Below, piece by piece: positions 1-9,126 of a stretch of DNA of 64,000 nucleotides. The translations under genes and the position numbers were made by a program. The DNA is from Candidatus Microgenomates bacterium (lineage in GTDB: Bacteria > Patescibacteriota > Microgenomatia > UBA8517), in NCBI GenBank assembly GCA_049519355.1, contig JBEKQV010000001.1, positions 220,491 to 284,490 on the forward strand, given 5' to 3'. Below the pieces are notes generated by a model that did not search any database, had not been told where the DNA came from, and worked only from the letters and a program-made list of their open reading frames with translations. The stretch's first letter is position 1. Each line of letters starts with the position of its first letter.

Positions 1-1379
1 CGGGGTGCGGGGGGAATTCCATCCAGAGTAAAAGTTCCGAGGGTTTTATTGTCGGCGCTCATCGGACGTTCTCCTTGTGTTACGACGATTTGTACTTGAG
101 TCTGATTATCACTGGCGGTTGAGAAGACTTCGGTTTTACTTGTAGGAACAGTGGTGTTTCTGGGAATCATCGGGGTTGCAATATTTCCCATGGTTTCTAT
201 AGCCAAGGTTAGAGGCGTCACATCAAGAAGAAGTATGTCTTTGACTTCGCCTCCCAAGACTCCGCCCTGAATCGCGGCTCCAACCGCAACAACCTCATCC
301 GGGTTAACCGACTGGTTAGGATCCTTACCGAAGAAATTCTTAACAACCTCAACAACTTTCGGCATTCTGGTCATGCCTCCAACCATTATTATTTCATCAA
401 GATCATGGGCATCAAGTTTGGCGTCCTTCAAACAGTTCTCTACCGGTTTGATTGTTTTCTGGATCAGGTCGTCAACCAAACTTTCCATCTTGGCACGGGT
501 GAGCTTCATGGTTAAGTGGAGAGGTTGGCCATCGTGTTGGGTAATATATGGCTGATTTATTTCAACCTCATTGGCTGCGGAAAGTTCAATCTTGGCTTTT
601 TCGGCGGCATCTCTGACTCTCTGAAGGGCTTGGGCATCGGCTTTGAGATCAACTCCGTTTTCTTTTTTGAATTCCGAAACAATGTAATCGACGATTACAG
701 CATCAAAATCATCGCCGCCAAGATGGGTATCACCATTTGTTGCCTTAACCTCAATTACCCCGTCGCCAATATCGAGAATGGAAATATCAAATGTTCCGCC
801 CCCAAGATCGTAGACGGCAATCTTTTCGGATTTCTTTTTATCCATCCCGTAGGCCAAGGCGCTCGCGGTAGGCTCATTAATAATGCGCTCAACTTTAAGT
901 CCTGCAATTTCTCCGGCCTGCCTGGTTGCCTGGCGCTGGGCATCGTCAAAATATGCCGGGACCGTGATAACCGCCTGGTCAATTTTTTCACCGATGTGGG
1001 CTTCGGCATCTTTTTTAAGCTTCATTAGAACCCTGGCGCCGATTTCCTGAGGAGTGTAATTCTTGCCTTCGATTTCGATATCGGCCATTCCGTTTTTACC
1101 TTCAACAATCTTGTAAGGAACCATTTCAATAGTCCTTTTGACTTCTTTATCCGTAAATCTCCTACCCATCAATCGTTTCGCGGAATAGACCGTGTTTTTG
1201 GCATTAAGAATCATTTGCCTCTTGGCAACATCTCCAACCAGATTTTTAACCGGTTCCACAACTGAAGGAGTGGTATTCTTGCCGGTATCAATTGCCGAAA
1301 TAACCACGGGTCTTCCTGCCTCCATAACGGCAACGCATGAATTTGTTGTTCCTAAATCAATACCAATTATTTTTCCCAT
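1..1379 (-). CDS. dnaK: Molecular chaperone DnaK (Hsp70), N-terminal part; C-terminus lies beyond the window start
   Basis: Reverse-strand translation from the ATG at 1377-1379 gives [27 protein letters not shown]..., followed by IINEPTAAALAYG and DLGGGTFD. These are canonical Hsp70 ATPase motifs. The ORF runs off the window edge, so it is absent from the ORF track. Confidence 0.95.
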   Translation of the reverse strand, partial: MGKIIGIDLGTTNSCVAVMEAGRPVVISAIDTGKNTTPSVVEPVKNLVGDVAKRQMILNAKNTVYSAKRLMGRRFTDKEVKRTIEMVPYKIVEGKNGMADIEIEGKNYTPQEIGARVLMKLKKDAEAHIGEKIDQAVITVPAYFDDAQRQATRQAGEIAGLKVERIINEPTASALAYGMDKKKSEKIAVYDLGGGTFDISILDIGDGVIEVKATNGDTHLGGDDFDAVIVDYIVSEFKKENGVDLKADAQALQRVRDAAEKAKIELSAANEVEINQPYITQHDGQPLHLTMKLTRAKMESLVDDLIQKTIKPVENCLKDAKLDAHDLDEIIMVGGMTRMPKVVEVVKNFFGKDPNQSVNPDEVVAVGAAIQGGVLGGEVKDILLLDVTPLTLAIETMGNIATPMIPRNTTVPTSKTEVFSTASDNQTQVQIVVTQGERPMSADNKTLGTFTLDGIPPAP

Positions 1380-1387
1380 ATGTTTTT

Positions 1388-1840
1388 TTAGTTACTTACT
1401 TTAAAAACCTTAACCTTCGCCGGTCTAATTATGAACTCTTGATCTTTAATTTTCCAGCCTATTTGCACTACTTCTGCAACTGTATTTTCTTTTCCTCCGG
1501 CGACCATCTCTATAGCCTCTTCTTCCAGAGGATTAAATTCATCCCCAACTGCCACCCGAATTTCTTCAACCCCCAAGTCCTGAATTGATTTCCTAAATTC
1601 CCCTATCACTATTTCCAGTCCCGCGTCTTTAAGATGCTCCTGGGCATCTAAAAGCATATCAAAAACAGGAAGCAGTCCCGAAATGGCCCTTGTCGCCGCT
1701 ATCTGCTCCCAAGCAATCTTTTCGGATTCAACTCTTTTTCTTAGGTTATCATAATCCGCCAAAGCCCTGGCGAGCTGCCCCTTTAAAAGTTCGACTTCCT
1801 GATTATTTTTTTTCGATTTAGCCATTTGCAACTTCTTCAA
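1388..1840 (-). CDS. grpE: Nucleotide exchange factor GrpE
   Basis: 150 aa with an N-terminal coiled-coil and C-terminal beta-domain pattern. It sits between hrcA and dnaK in the classical operon order. Confidence 0.88.
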   Translation of the reverse strand: MKKLQMAKSKKNNQEVELLKGQLARALADYDNLRKRVESEKIAWEQIAATRAISGLLPVFDMLLDAQEHLKDAGLEIVIGEFRKSIQDLGVEEIRVAVGDEFNPLEEEAIEMVAGGKENTVAEVVQIGWKIKDQEFIIRPAKVKVFKVSN

Positions 1841-2555
1841 TTAAATTTCCAAAATATCTTAAGATTGGGATCACGGTCCCGTAGTTTGACCTTGCCGGCC
1901 CAATCACTCCCAAAGCTCCCGGCTTTCCTTTTATCGTAAAGTGCGTGGCAATTACTCCTGCTGGTGCGAGCTCCGGCCAACCGAGTTCCTCGCCGAATAA
2001 TACTTCGAGGGGGGAGGCGGATGCTGTCATGCCAAAAAATAATCTGTCCATTTTGTCAAATTCATCAAAGATCGAAAATAAACTTTGGCAGGCTTCCATC
2101 TCTGCAAATTCGGGGTTGTTAAAAAGGTAAGATTGTCCCGCCTGCCAAAATCTGTCCTTTTTGTCTTTAATAGCTGCAACAGCCAAAGACCTTGTCCTTG
2201 TGGCCAACGCATGTGTTGCTTCATCCATCAGTTCGTCAATATCATCCCTGGAGTCCCAAACTTCCTCTTTGGCTTTGACCTCATCAACAAGACTCATTTG
2301 TTTCTCCTCCATCAGTTGGTTTATGTAAAACTTCATGGCAACCGGTGTCGGAATTCTTCCGGCTGAAGCGTGCGGCTGTTTCAAATAACCAGCCTTTGTC
2401 AATGCAACCATTTCGTTTCTAATCGTCGCCGGGGAAACTCCAAGGTTGTATTTTTTATCCATCGCCTCCGAACCGACAGGCTCGGCTGTCGTGATATATT
2501 CATCAACTATAGTTTTAAGAATCTGCGTCTGTCTTGATGTAAGTCCGTCTGCCAT
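1818..2555 (-). CDS. hrcA: Heat-inducible transcription repressor HrcA (short form)
   Basis: 245 aa with an N-terminal winged-helix region (LTSRQTQILKTIVDEYITTAEPVGS). It is the first gene of the hrcA-grpE-dnaK operon and a CIRCE element lies immediately upstream. Confidence 0.8.
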   Translation of the reverse strand: MADGLTSRQTQILKTIVDEYITTAEPVGSEAMDKKYNLGVSPATIRNEMVALTKAGYLKQPHASAGRIPTPVAMKFYINQLMEEKQMSLVDEVKAKEEVWDSRDDIDELMDEATHALATRTRSLAVAAIKDKKDRFWQAGQSYLFNNPEFAEMEACQSLFSIFDEFDKMDRLFFGMTASASPLEVLFGEELGWPELAPAGVIATHFTIKGKPGALGVIGPARSNYGTVIPILRYFGNLIEEVANG

Positions 2556-2562
2556 ATCTATA

Positions 2563-2589
2563 TTAGCAGTAACTTATCACGAGTGCTAA
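2563..2589 (-). promoter_or_regulatory. CIRCE operator (HrcA binding site) upstream of hrcA
   Basis: On the gene strand the site reads TTAGCACTC-GTGATAAGT-TACTGCTAA, against the consensus TTAGCACTC-N9-GAGTGCTAA. The left half is perfect and the right half matches 7/9. It lies 8-34 nt upstream of the hrcA start. Confidence 0.7.
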
Positions 2590-2599
2590 ATGTTGTCAA
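2571..2599 (-). promoter_or_regulatory. Putative sigma70-type promoter of the hrcA operon (-35 TTGACA, 17-nt spacer, -10 TAAGTT) overlapping CIRCE
   Basis: The reverse complement of 2594-2599 is TTGACA. The reverse complement of 2571-2576 is TAAGTT, with a 17-nt spacer. The -10 element lies inside the CIRCE site. Confidence 0.4.
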
Positions 2600-2609
2600 T
2601 ACCCCTTTT

Positions 2610-4334
2610 CTATTGTGCCTGGGTGCCAGTGGTTGGAGTAATTGGTTCCTGCTCCTTCGGGGGTATAGGGGGAAGCATCCTCTTAACAATCAACTTCTTC
2701 GCAGCATTTAAAAAATAGCTTGCCTCATCAATCCTAAGAAGAAGCGATAAAAGGGTATAAACAATTGCTCCAACAAGGAATGTCATTCCGGTCAAAATTA
2801 TTACGTTTCCGGTATAGCGGGTATCAAGCATAAATCTCTGAAACGGAAAGGTTGAAGTGACATCGACTCCATTTAAGAAAGATAATCTCTTTACCCAAAC
2901 GGATTTATCAAAGACCTTAAGAATAAAATACATTGCACCGCCGGAAACGACGGTAGCAATTAGAATCTTAAGAATATGAATCAGGAATTTGGAATTAATC
3001 AGATCCCCAACCTTTTTGTTTATTAAAATCAATAAGGTTACCGCCTCAACAATTGTGCTGGCCGCAAAAGAAGCCGCCAGGGCCCAGACATCAAAGTGGA
3101 ATCCTTTTACCAGTGTAAAATCCCCAACCACCAGAATAAAAAGCCCGACAAACGAAACTATTACCGGAGTCTTTGTGTCCCTGAGGGCAAAAAAAGCCCT
3201 GGCAAGAACCGACATTAATGTTTGAAATACTATAGAGACTGCAAAAACCGAAAGAACGGTTCCTGTTTCAATTGTTGATTCCCAGTCAAAGATTTTTGTT
3301 CCATAAACCAACCGGACCGCAGGAATTCTGAGAGCAATCAGAGCCGCCGAAAGCGGCAGGGTAAAAAACATTGCCTGATAAACCGCAACCAAAAGAATTT
3401 TCCTGTATTCTTTCCAGTTTCCCTCAACATGCGAAAGCATTGGCAGAACCGCCTTAGCTAAAGATGTTCCAAAAAGCGTTACGGGAAGAAGTTGAAGAGA
3501 GTTGGCAAAAGTGTAGTAAGTGTAGGACGCTTGAGAAATAATTGATGAAAGGAAAAGCTCCGTACTTTGACCAATCTGGTCAAAGGCAAGATCAATTACC
3601 CGCGGAAGTGCCAATTTCCCTATACTTTTTACTCCCTCGTCCGGTTTTATGTCTGTCGTAAACTTAAAGCCAAGTTTTCGGGAAAGAGGATACTGAATCA
3701 GAAAATGGGCAAACGCCCCAATTACAACTCCAACAGCCGGCGCGGTTAACCCCAAGTAAGGCGTCAGGACCACCGTACCGAAAATTATTCCCAGGTTATA
3801 GAAAATCGGCGCAAGTGCCGGAACGAGAAACCTTCTGAGAGATTCCAAAACACCCGTTAAAACATAACTGACAACAAAAAAACCTTGAGCCGCAAAAAGG
3901 ATCCTAGCAAGAAACGCAATTTCAGCGGTTCCGGCAGGTCCGTAACCCGGGGCAATAACCGAATAAATTTTAACGGCACCGAATCCGAATATGGCGGCGG
4001 CAAAAAGGAATATCGCAAGGCCTATAGAAACGACTTTACCGGCCAATAGCCAGGCTTTACCTTCACCTTCGCGGAGAGTCTTAGTAAAAACCGGAATAAA
4101 AGCGGATGAAAAAGTTCCAAAAACCAAAATCTGAAATATCGCATCGGGGAGCCTAAATGCCGCAAAAAAAAGTGAAAGTGAATCGGGCGTAAAATAGCCT
4201 GCCAGAACACGATTACTTATCAAACCTAAAACCATCGACACTCCGATCATCAGCATAATGAGGCTGGCGGCGGACAGAACCGAGTTTTGCTGAGAGTTAA
4301 TAATCTTTTTTCCCCGTGCGATTAGATCTTCCAT
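2610..4334 (-). CDS. murJ: Lipid II flippase MurJ (MviN family); the ORF extends to 4379 but the start is more likely the MEDLIARGKK Met
   Basis: A polytopic protein of about 14 TM helices with the MviN/MurJ length and hydrophobicity pattern. The longer ORF would overlap the divergent rpsT start. Confidence 0.75.
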   Translation of the reverse strand: MEDLIARGKKIINSQQNSVLSAASLIMLMIGVSMVLGLISNRVLAGYFTPDSLSLFFAAFRLPDAIFQILVFGTFSSAFIPVFTKTLREGEGKAWLLAGKVVSIGLAIFLFAAAIFGFGAVKIYSVIAPGYGPAGTAEIAFLARILFAAQGFFVVSYVLTGVLESLRRFLVPALAPIFYNLGIIFGTVVLTPYLGLTAPAVGVVIGAFAHFLIQYPLSRKLGFKFTTDIKPDEGVKSIGKLALPRVIDLAFDQIGQSTELFLSSIISQASYTYYTFANSLQLLPVTLFGTSLAKAVLPMLSHVEGNWKEYRKILLVAVYQAMFFTLPLSAALIALRIPAVRLVYGTKIFDWESTIETGTVLSVFAVSIVFQTLMSVLARAFFALRDTKTPVIVSFVGLFILVVGDFTLVKGFHFDVWALAASFAASTIVEAVTLLILINKKVGDLINSKFLIHILKILIATVVSGGAMYFILKVFDKSVWVKRLSFLNGVDVTSTFPFQRFMLDTRYTGNVIILTGMTFLVGAIVYTLLSLLLRIDEASYFLNAAKKLIVKRMLPPIPPKEQEPITPTTGTQAQ

Positions 4335-4363
4335 TTTAGCTTTGTTTCGATTATACTCACTAC

Positions 4364-4627
4364 ATGCCTGTAACGACAACAGCCAAAAGAGCGTTGAGGA
4401 GTTCCAAAAATAAAGAGTTTGTGAACAAGCTTATCTTAAAAAAGCTTGAGGTTGCAGTGAGAATTGCAAAAAGGAGTAAAGGAACCGAAAAAATTTTAGC
4501 TGCAGTTTCGATGGCTGATCGGGCGGCAAAGAAAAAGGTAATCCACAAAAATAAAGCCGCAAGAATTAAATCGCAACTGGCTAAACTCTTACCCAAGATT
4601 TCAAAAAAAGCCACAAAAAAGAATTAG
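4364..4627 (+). CDS. rpsT: 30S ribosomal protein S20
   Basis: 87 aa and very basic. The motif VIHKNKAARIKSQLAKL matches the conserved S20 motif IHKNKAARHKSRL. Confidence 0.85.
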   Translation: MPVTTTAKRALRSSKNKEFVNKLILKKLEVAVRIAKRSKGTEKILAAVSMADRAAKKKVIHKNKAARIKSQLAKLLPKISKKATKKN

Positions 4628-4684
4628 CTTCTTTCACGCTCTGACTTATGCTATATTGATTTAACTTAAGGTTACTGTGCCGTC

Positions 4685-5218
4685 ATGCCCAAAAATAACG
4701 CCATAAATTTATTGCCCGGAGAGGAATTTGAAGTCTCAACTTTAGGCCGCATATTGCACTGGGCCATGGGTACTTTTCGTATTATCGTTATTGTTACCGA
4801 GATGATTGTTATGGGAGCGTTTCTGTCACGTTTTTGGTTAGACGCGCAGAACTCCGATCTTAATGACTCGATTAACATTAAGGTTGCACAAATTTCGGCA
4901 CAAAGTTCAATTGAAAGTCAATTCAGGGGGCTACAAACAAAGTTAGCGATATTCACTCAAATTGCCCAAAACCCAACACCTTCTCAAAAAGTTGCAAATA
5001 TTACGTCAAAAATTCCCCCTGACGTAACCCTTTCAGGTCTTACAATTTCAGATGCCTCAATTGCAATTAACGGAGTTTCAAATTCGGAAGCCGGTATCTC
5101 ACAGTTCATTTCAAATTTGGAGGCGGACAAAACTTTTAAGACAGTAAACTTGGGCCAACTGAATTCGTCTGAAATTAATCCGTCACAAACTAATTTTTCT
5201 ATAAACATTACATACTAA
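4685..5218 (+). CDS. Type IV pilus assembly protein PilN-like
   Basis: N-terminal INLLP motif followed by a single TM helix, as in the PilN (fimbrial assembly) family. Confidence 0.5.
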   Translation: MPKNNAINLLPGEEFEVSTLGRILHWAMGTFRIIVIVTEMIVMGAFLSRFWLDAQNSDLNDSINIKVAQISAQSSIESQFRGLQTKLAIFTQIAQNPTPSQKVANITSKIPPDVTLSGLTISDASIAINGVSNSEAGISQFISNLEADKTFKTVNLGQLNSSEINPSQTNFSINITY

Positions 5219-5222
5219 AACT

Positions 5223-5876
5223 ATGGCACTTGGTTGGAGAGAATCATATTACAGATACAGAGGGTTTTTCCTGAATATCGCCGCCCTATATAAACAAAAG
5301 GCCGATCTACGGGCTTTTTTGGAAATCGTCCTTTCGATAACAACCGTTATTGTTTTTTTGCTGTTCGCCTTAAAACCCACCGCTCTGACTATAATTAATC
5401 TTCTTCAGCAAATAAATGAAAAGAAACAAACACTCGTAGGATTAACCCAAAAGGTAAATGATCTGCAAACAGTAAACGGTATTCTTGACCAAGACCAAAA
5501 TTTAATTCCGTCTATTGATGCGGCGGTTCCAAACGTACCCAACCCCGATATCCTATCGGAGCAAGCGGAGGGGCTCGCATCAAAAGATGCTGTAGAAATA
5601 CTCGGAATTTCCGTCAATCAAGTAACTCTTCTTGGTGCCAACTCCACAAAGAAAATAACCGGGGTAACACCTCTTCCGCAAGGAGCATACGAAATGCCAT
5701 TTTCGCTTAGTATCGAAGGTCCCTACACAAACTTAATTGCTTTCGTTAACGACTTCGAAAATCTGGGGCTGGCATCAAGAATCGACAGTCTCACAATTAG
5801 TTCTTCCGTAACCGATAAAGGAAGAGTTATAGTTGCAGTAATTTCCGGCAGGATACCGTTTTTAGGTAGTCAATAA
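5223..5876 (+). CDS. PilO-like pilus assembly / membrane-anchored coiled-coil protein
   Basis: N-terminal TM helix, then a coiled-coil segment and a periplasmic domain. It sits immediately downstream of the PilN-like gene. Confidence 0.4.
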   Translation: MALGWRESYYRYRGFFLNIAALYKQKADLRAFLEIVLSITTVIVFLLFALKPTALTIINLLQQINEKKQTLVGLTQKVNDLQTVNGILDQDQNLIPSIDAAVPNVPNPDILSEQAEGLASKDAVEILGISVNQVTLLGANSTKKITGVTPLPQGAYEMPFSLSIEGPYTNLIAFVNDFENLGLASRIDSLTISSSVTDKGRVIVAVISGRIPFLGSQ

Positions 5877-5877
5877 T

Positions 5878-6216
5878 ATGGAGAAAGAAAAGTTACCAAA
5901 TCCAATCTTGATTTTAATACTGACACTTATCACCGCCTTTATCTGGGTTTCCTTAAATATCTACCGTGCCATATCTACCAAGCCGACAGCTAGTGTTCCG
6001 CAGGCAATTTCTCAACCTTTGACACCGTTGCTGGATCCAAACGCTATCAAAAAAATTCAATCATCGATTCTTTTAAATAGTTCGCAAATCCCGCAAAATA
6101 TTATCACCCCCGCAGGAACTAATGCGCCGGCCGTTTTACCAACACTTTTACCGGTTGCTACTCCAATTGCCTCGCCAAGTTCATTACCAACCGCCAGCCC
6201 AAGCGCAACACCATGA
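5878..6216 (+). CDS. Small membrane-anchored Pro/Ala-rich protein (hypothetical)
   Basis: An N-terminal TM helix (ILILILTLITAFIWVSL) followed by a low-complexity P/A/S-rich tail. It has the same strand and tight spacing as its neighbours. Confidence 0.3.
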   Translation: MEKEKLPNPILILILTLITAFIWVSLNIYRAISTKPTASVPQAISQPLTPLLDPNAIKKIQSSILLNSSQIPQNIITPAGTNAPAVLPTLLPVATPIASPSSLPTASPSATP

Positions 6217-6240
6217 GGAGACAGTCCGAAACTATAAAAC

Positions 6241-7593
6241 ATGATTAAAAGAAGTAAAATTCCAACAATCTTAGGTATAGTAGTACTTCTTGTAGGAACA
6301 TTTGCGGGAGTATTTTTCCTGGGAAGAAATCAAGTTTTTAGGATCGGCGCCAATCCAACTTCAACTCCAAAAGATGTCAGGGTAAGCAATCTCTCGGATA
6401 TTTCAGCCACCGTTTCCTGGACAACGGGAGGCCAGACATCTGACTTTCTAAACTGGGGAACCACACAAAATGTAGGCAGTATTGAAAATGAAAGCCAAAC
6501 CAATGAAAAGTTCTTCAACCACAGTATTACATTAAGCGGGTTAAAAGCTTCAACCACATATTTTTATAAAATTAACTCTGAAGGAACAACTTTCGATAAT
6601 AACGGCGTTCCCTGGCAATTTACCACAGGGTCGACACTTGCAGCAAATCAAAACTCTATGCCTATTTCAGGCTCTGTCATCACGGCATCAAGCCAACCCT
6701 CAGCCAGAGCAATTGTTTACGTAACGGTAAACGGATACCTTCTTTCGACTTTGACATCTGATTCGGGTAGTTTTGTCATACAACTGGCACAAGTGCGCAC
6801 TTCGGACCTAACTTCCTATGCCGTAGTTGATCCCGCCACTACCCTTTTGGAAATATCCGTAGAAGCCGAAGACGGCGAAACTTCTTCAGCTCAAATATTT
6901 CCCCAATCCGCCAATCCAATTCCCACCCTTATCCTGGGGCAAACCCAAGATTACAGAAGTCTACAGCCGCAACAATCCGGCCAAAATCCCAGCGCCAATT
7001 TAAATTTGCCGGCCACGGCAACTCAAGAATCAAAAATCAACATTGGCACAACCTCGGCAACCCCCGCTCCAACAAGTGTAATTCTGGAAAGCTTAACCGA
7101 GGGAGAAACAGTAACAAGCAACCAACCCCAATTCTTTGGTAAGGGTCCGGGAGGGGAAACGATTACGGTCACCGTTCACTCACAGGATGTAGTTTCGGGA
7201 ACCGTCAAAATTCCTACCAATGGCTCCTGGAGTTGGAGTCCTCCTTCAACCCTTTCCGCGGGATCTCATTCAATTACAATTTCCTGGATAGACACCTCCG
7301 GAATCACAAGAACATTAACCCGGGATTTTATTGTTCAAGCGGGTGAGGCGCCAGCTTTTGTTGCCTCCCCCTCGGGCACTCCAATTTCCACATCAACCAT
7401 CTCTCCAAGTCCTGTCCCGACTCTTGTGCCTGTTTCTACGGCAACTCCAACCGCAATTCCTACTGAAATATCCTCTCCAACCGCGGAACCTGTACCAGTT
7501 ACTGGTGACTTGACTCCCACGTTCCTACTATCTATCATGGGATTAGCAATTCTTGCTTTCAGCGTTTTTGTGTGGAGATTTTCAGAAAAATAA
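6241..7593 (+). CDS. Cell-surface protein with an N-terminal signal anchor, a fibronectin type III-like domain, a Pro/Thr-rich stalk and a C-terminal TM anchor
   Basis: The FN3-like segment reads VRVSNLSDISATVSWTTGG...STTYFYKI. A long PT-rich linker follows. The C-terminus reads VPVTGD, then a hydrophobic helix, then WRFSEK, which looks like a sorting signal. Confidence 0.5.
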   Translation: MIKRSKIPTILGIVVLLVGTFAGVFFLGRNQVFRIGANPTSTPKDVRVSNLSDISATVSWTTGGQTSDFLNWGTTQNVGSIENESQTNEKFFNHSITLSGLKASTTYFYKINSEGTTFDNNGVPWQFTTGSTLAANQNSMPISGSVITASSQPSARAIVYVTVNGYLLSTLTSDSGSFVIQLAQVRTSDLTSYAVVDPATTLLEISVEAEDGETSSAQIFPQSANPIPTLILGQTQDYRSLQPQQSGQNPSANLNLPATATQESKINIGTTSATPAPTSVILESLTEGETVTSNQPQFFGKGPGGETITVTVHSQDVVSGTVKIPTNGSWSWSPPSTLSAGSHSITISWIDTSGITRTLTRDFIVQAGEAPAFVASPSGTPISTSTISPSPVPTLVPVSTATPTAIPTEISSPTAEPVPVTGDLTPTFLLSIMGLAILAFSVFVWRFSEK

Positions 7594-7599
7594 TTTTAC

Positions 7600-9117
7600 A
7601 TGCCCAATCAAAACGACCCTACCCAAAACCCAACCCCAGTAAATCCTGTTCCTCCGGTTATCTCTCCCCAGGCAGACCTCCCGCCGCTTCCTCCCGCATT
7701 TCAAAATCTTAATAATCCAACACCTCCTGTCGCGGCCTCGGAAAAAGAAAATACATCACCTCCTTCCGACAACGGTTCGGCAGCCCCTCCCGATATTTCT
7801 TCCGTTACCTCAAAACCCAAGAAAAAATTCGGGGGAGGAAGAATAATTGCAACGATATTGGGATTATTCCTCTTGGTTGGGGGAGTTGGCGCGGGAATAG
7901 TTTTAACTCAGCAACCCCAGCTTCTTCAACAAAAAGCATCCACTATTTGTCCTGTCACGGCTCCAGATCTTTGTAAGTGTTACAATTGTGACGGCAGTGT
8001 CAGAGGAAGTGGTTGCCTTCCTGCTTCTGAATCCTGCGATGCATACTGTGGCGGAAGTAGTACTCCAACAAACTGCAACAGTCAAACCTGTACACCAAAT
8101 ACCAGTACAAAATCGTGTACAGAATCAAATGGTTGCGCAGGAACTGAAACCTGTAACTCATCAGGAACTGGCTATGGAAGCTGTGTACAAAATGATTCCA
8201 GTTGTGGAAAATCCTCAGGAGGGGCTTCTTGTAGCGGAGGAATCGCCGATGGAAAAATCGGCTGCCTGGATAGTGCCACGGGGGTTGTCTGCAATAACGG
8301 TGCGTTCAGTCAAACTAAACAGTATTGTCCTCAAGGAACAAAGTGTGTAAATGGTTCCAGTCCGGGCAGTTTTTGTTCAGCTTGTTCACCCGCTACTAGT
8401 TGTTGTTTCGCTAATTCGACCGTTCCGTCCTCACCAGTCTGTACGGTAAGTCATAAGTATCTATGCTCGAACGGAAGCTGTATCGAAAACGACACCAACG
8501 GAACTTTCACATCAAATACTTGTGGAGGAACCTGTAGTGGAACTCCGAACCCGAACGTAGCAGACTGCGGAAGTGCGGCAGTCGGCGGGGCCTGCACAAC
8601 TGGAAGCGATTGCCATTGCCAGGGTGGGGACGCTTGCACAAGTCTTTTGTGTCAGCCGGATCAGCATCAATCCTGTCTTAGCCAAAGTAGAGCCTGGTGT
8701 GTAAACATGACAGGAAAGGGCATGACCTGTTGTGCTGCAGGATATGTCTGCGCCGTGGGTGTTAACGGATGTGTCTCTGGACCTTCGGCTCCGCCATCCA
8801 GCCCGCCGAATAATCCCACTGCTCCTTCCTGTGTGGCTGTCACGGCATACACCCCAACATGGACCGCTCTGACTTCTGCCCAACTTTCGGCACTAACCAC
8901 TGGGGCACAGATCAATTTCTGTGTTAGCGGTTCAAACGGTACGTTCGATCAGGCAGACTTCAAGATCAACTCAACAGTTGAGGCGGCAACTACTACCAAG
9001 AGGCCGAGTTCTAGTGATTTCTGCCAGTTATACACAATTCAGGCATCAGACACAACTATATCGGTTTCGGCGAAGATTCACGATACTACAAAGGGCTGGG
9101 TAGGAGAAAGTTTTTAA
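7600..9117 (+). CDS. Cysteine-rich extracellular protein with a Pro-rich cytoplasmic N-terminus and a single TM anchor
   Basis: The N-terminus is PTPVNPVPPVISP..., then one TM helix (IIATILGLFLLVGGVGAGIVL). The remaining roughly 380 aa are dominated by C/G/S/T with many CxxC and CxxxC spacings. Confidence 0.5.
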   Translation: MPNQNDPTQNPTPVNPVPPVISPQADLPPLPPAFQNLNNPTPPVAASEKENTSPPSDNGSAAPPDISSVTSKPKKKFGGGRIIATILGLFLLVGGVGAGIVLTQQPQLLQQKASTICPVTAPDLCKCYNCDGSVRGSGCLPASESCDAYCGGSSTPTNCNSQTCTPNTSTKSCTESNGCAGTETCNSSGTGYGSCVQNDSSCGKSSGGASCSGGIADGKIGCLDSATGVVCNNGAFSQTKQYCPQGTKCVNGSSPGSFCSACSPATSCCFANSTVPSSPVCTVSHKYLCSNGSCIENDTNGTFTSNTCGGTCSGTPNPNVADCGSAAVGGACTTGSDCHCQGGDACTSLLCQPDQHQSCLSQSRAWCVNMTGKGMTCCAAGYVCAVGVNGCVSGPSAPPSSPPNNPTAPSCVAVTAYTPTWTALTSAQLSALTTGAQINFCVSGSNGTFDQADFKINSTVEAATTTKRPSSSDFCQLYTIQASDTTISVSAKIHDTTKGWVGESF

Positions 9118-9126
9118 TTATAAATT

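Noticed and set aside
516-1028. 170-aa plus-strand ORF (and an 84-aa minus-strand ORF at 755..1009) at the window start
   Set aside because: Both lie entirely inside the dnaK coding region. The 170-aa ORF is in the antisense frame and the other in an alternative frame. The dnaK translation is unambiguous there, so these are shadow ORFs.
8451-8915. Three minus-strand ORFs (60-123 aa) inside the Cys-rich protein gene
   Set aside because: They are an antisense artefact of the GC-rich TGY/GGN codon composition. They have no start context or coding signature, and the sense frame is continuous for 505 aa.
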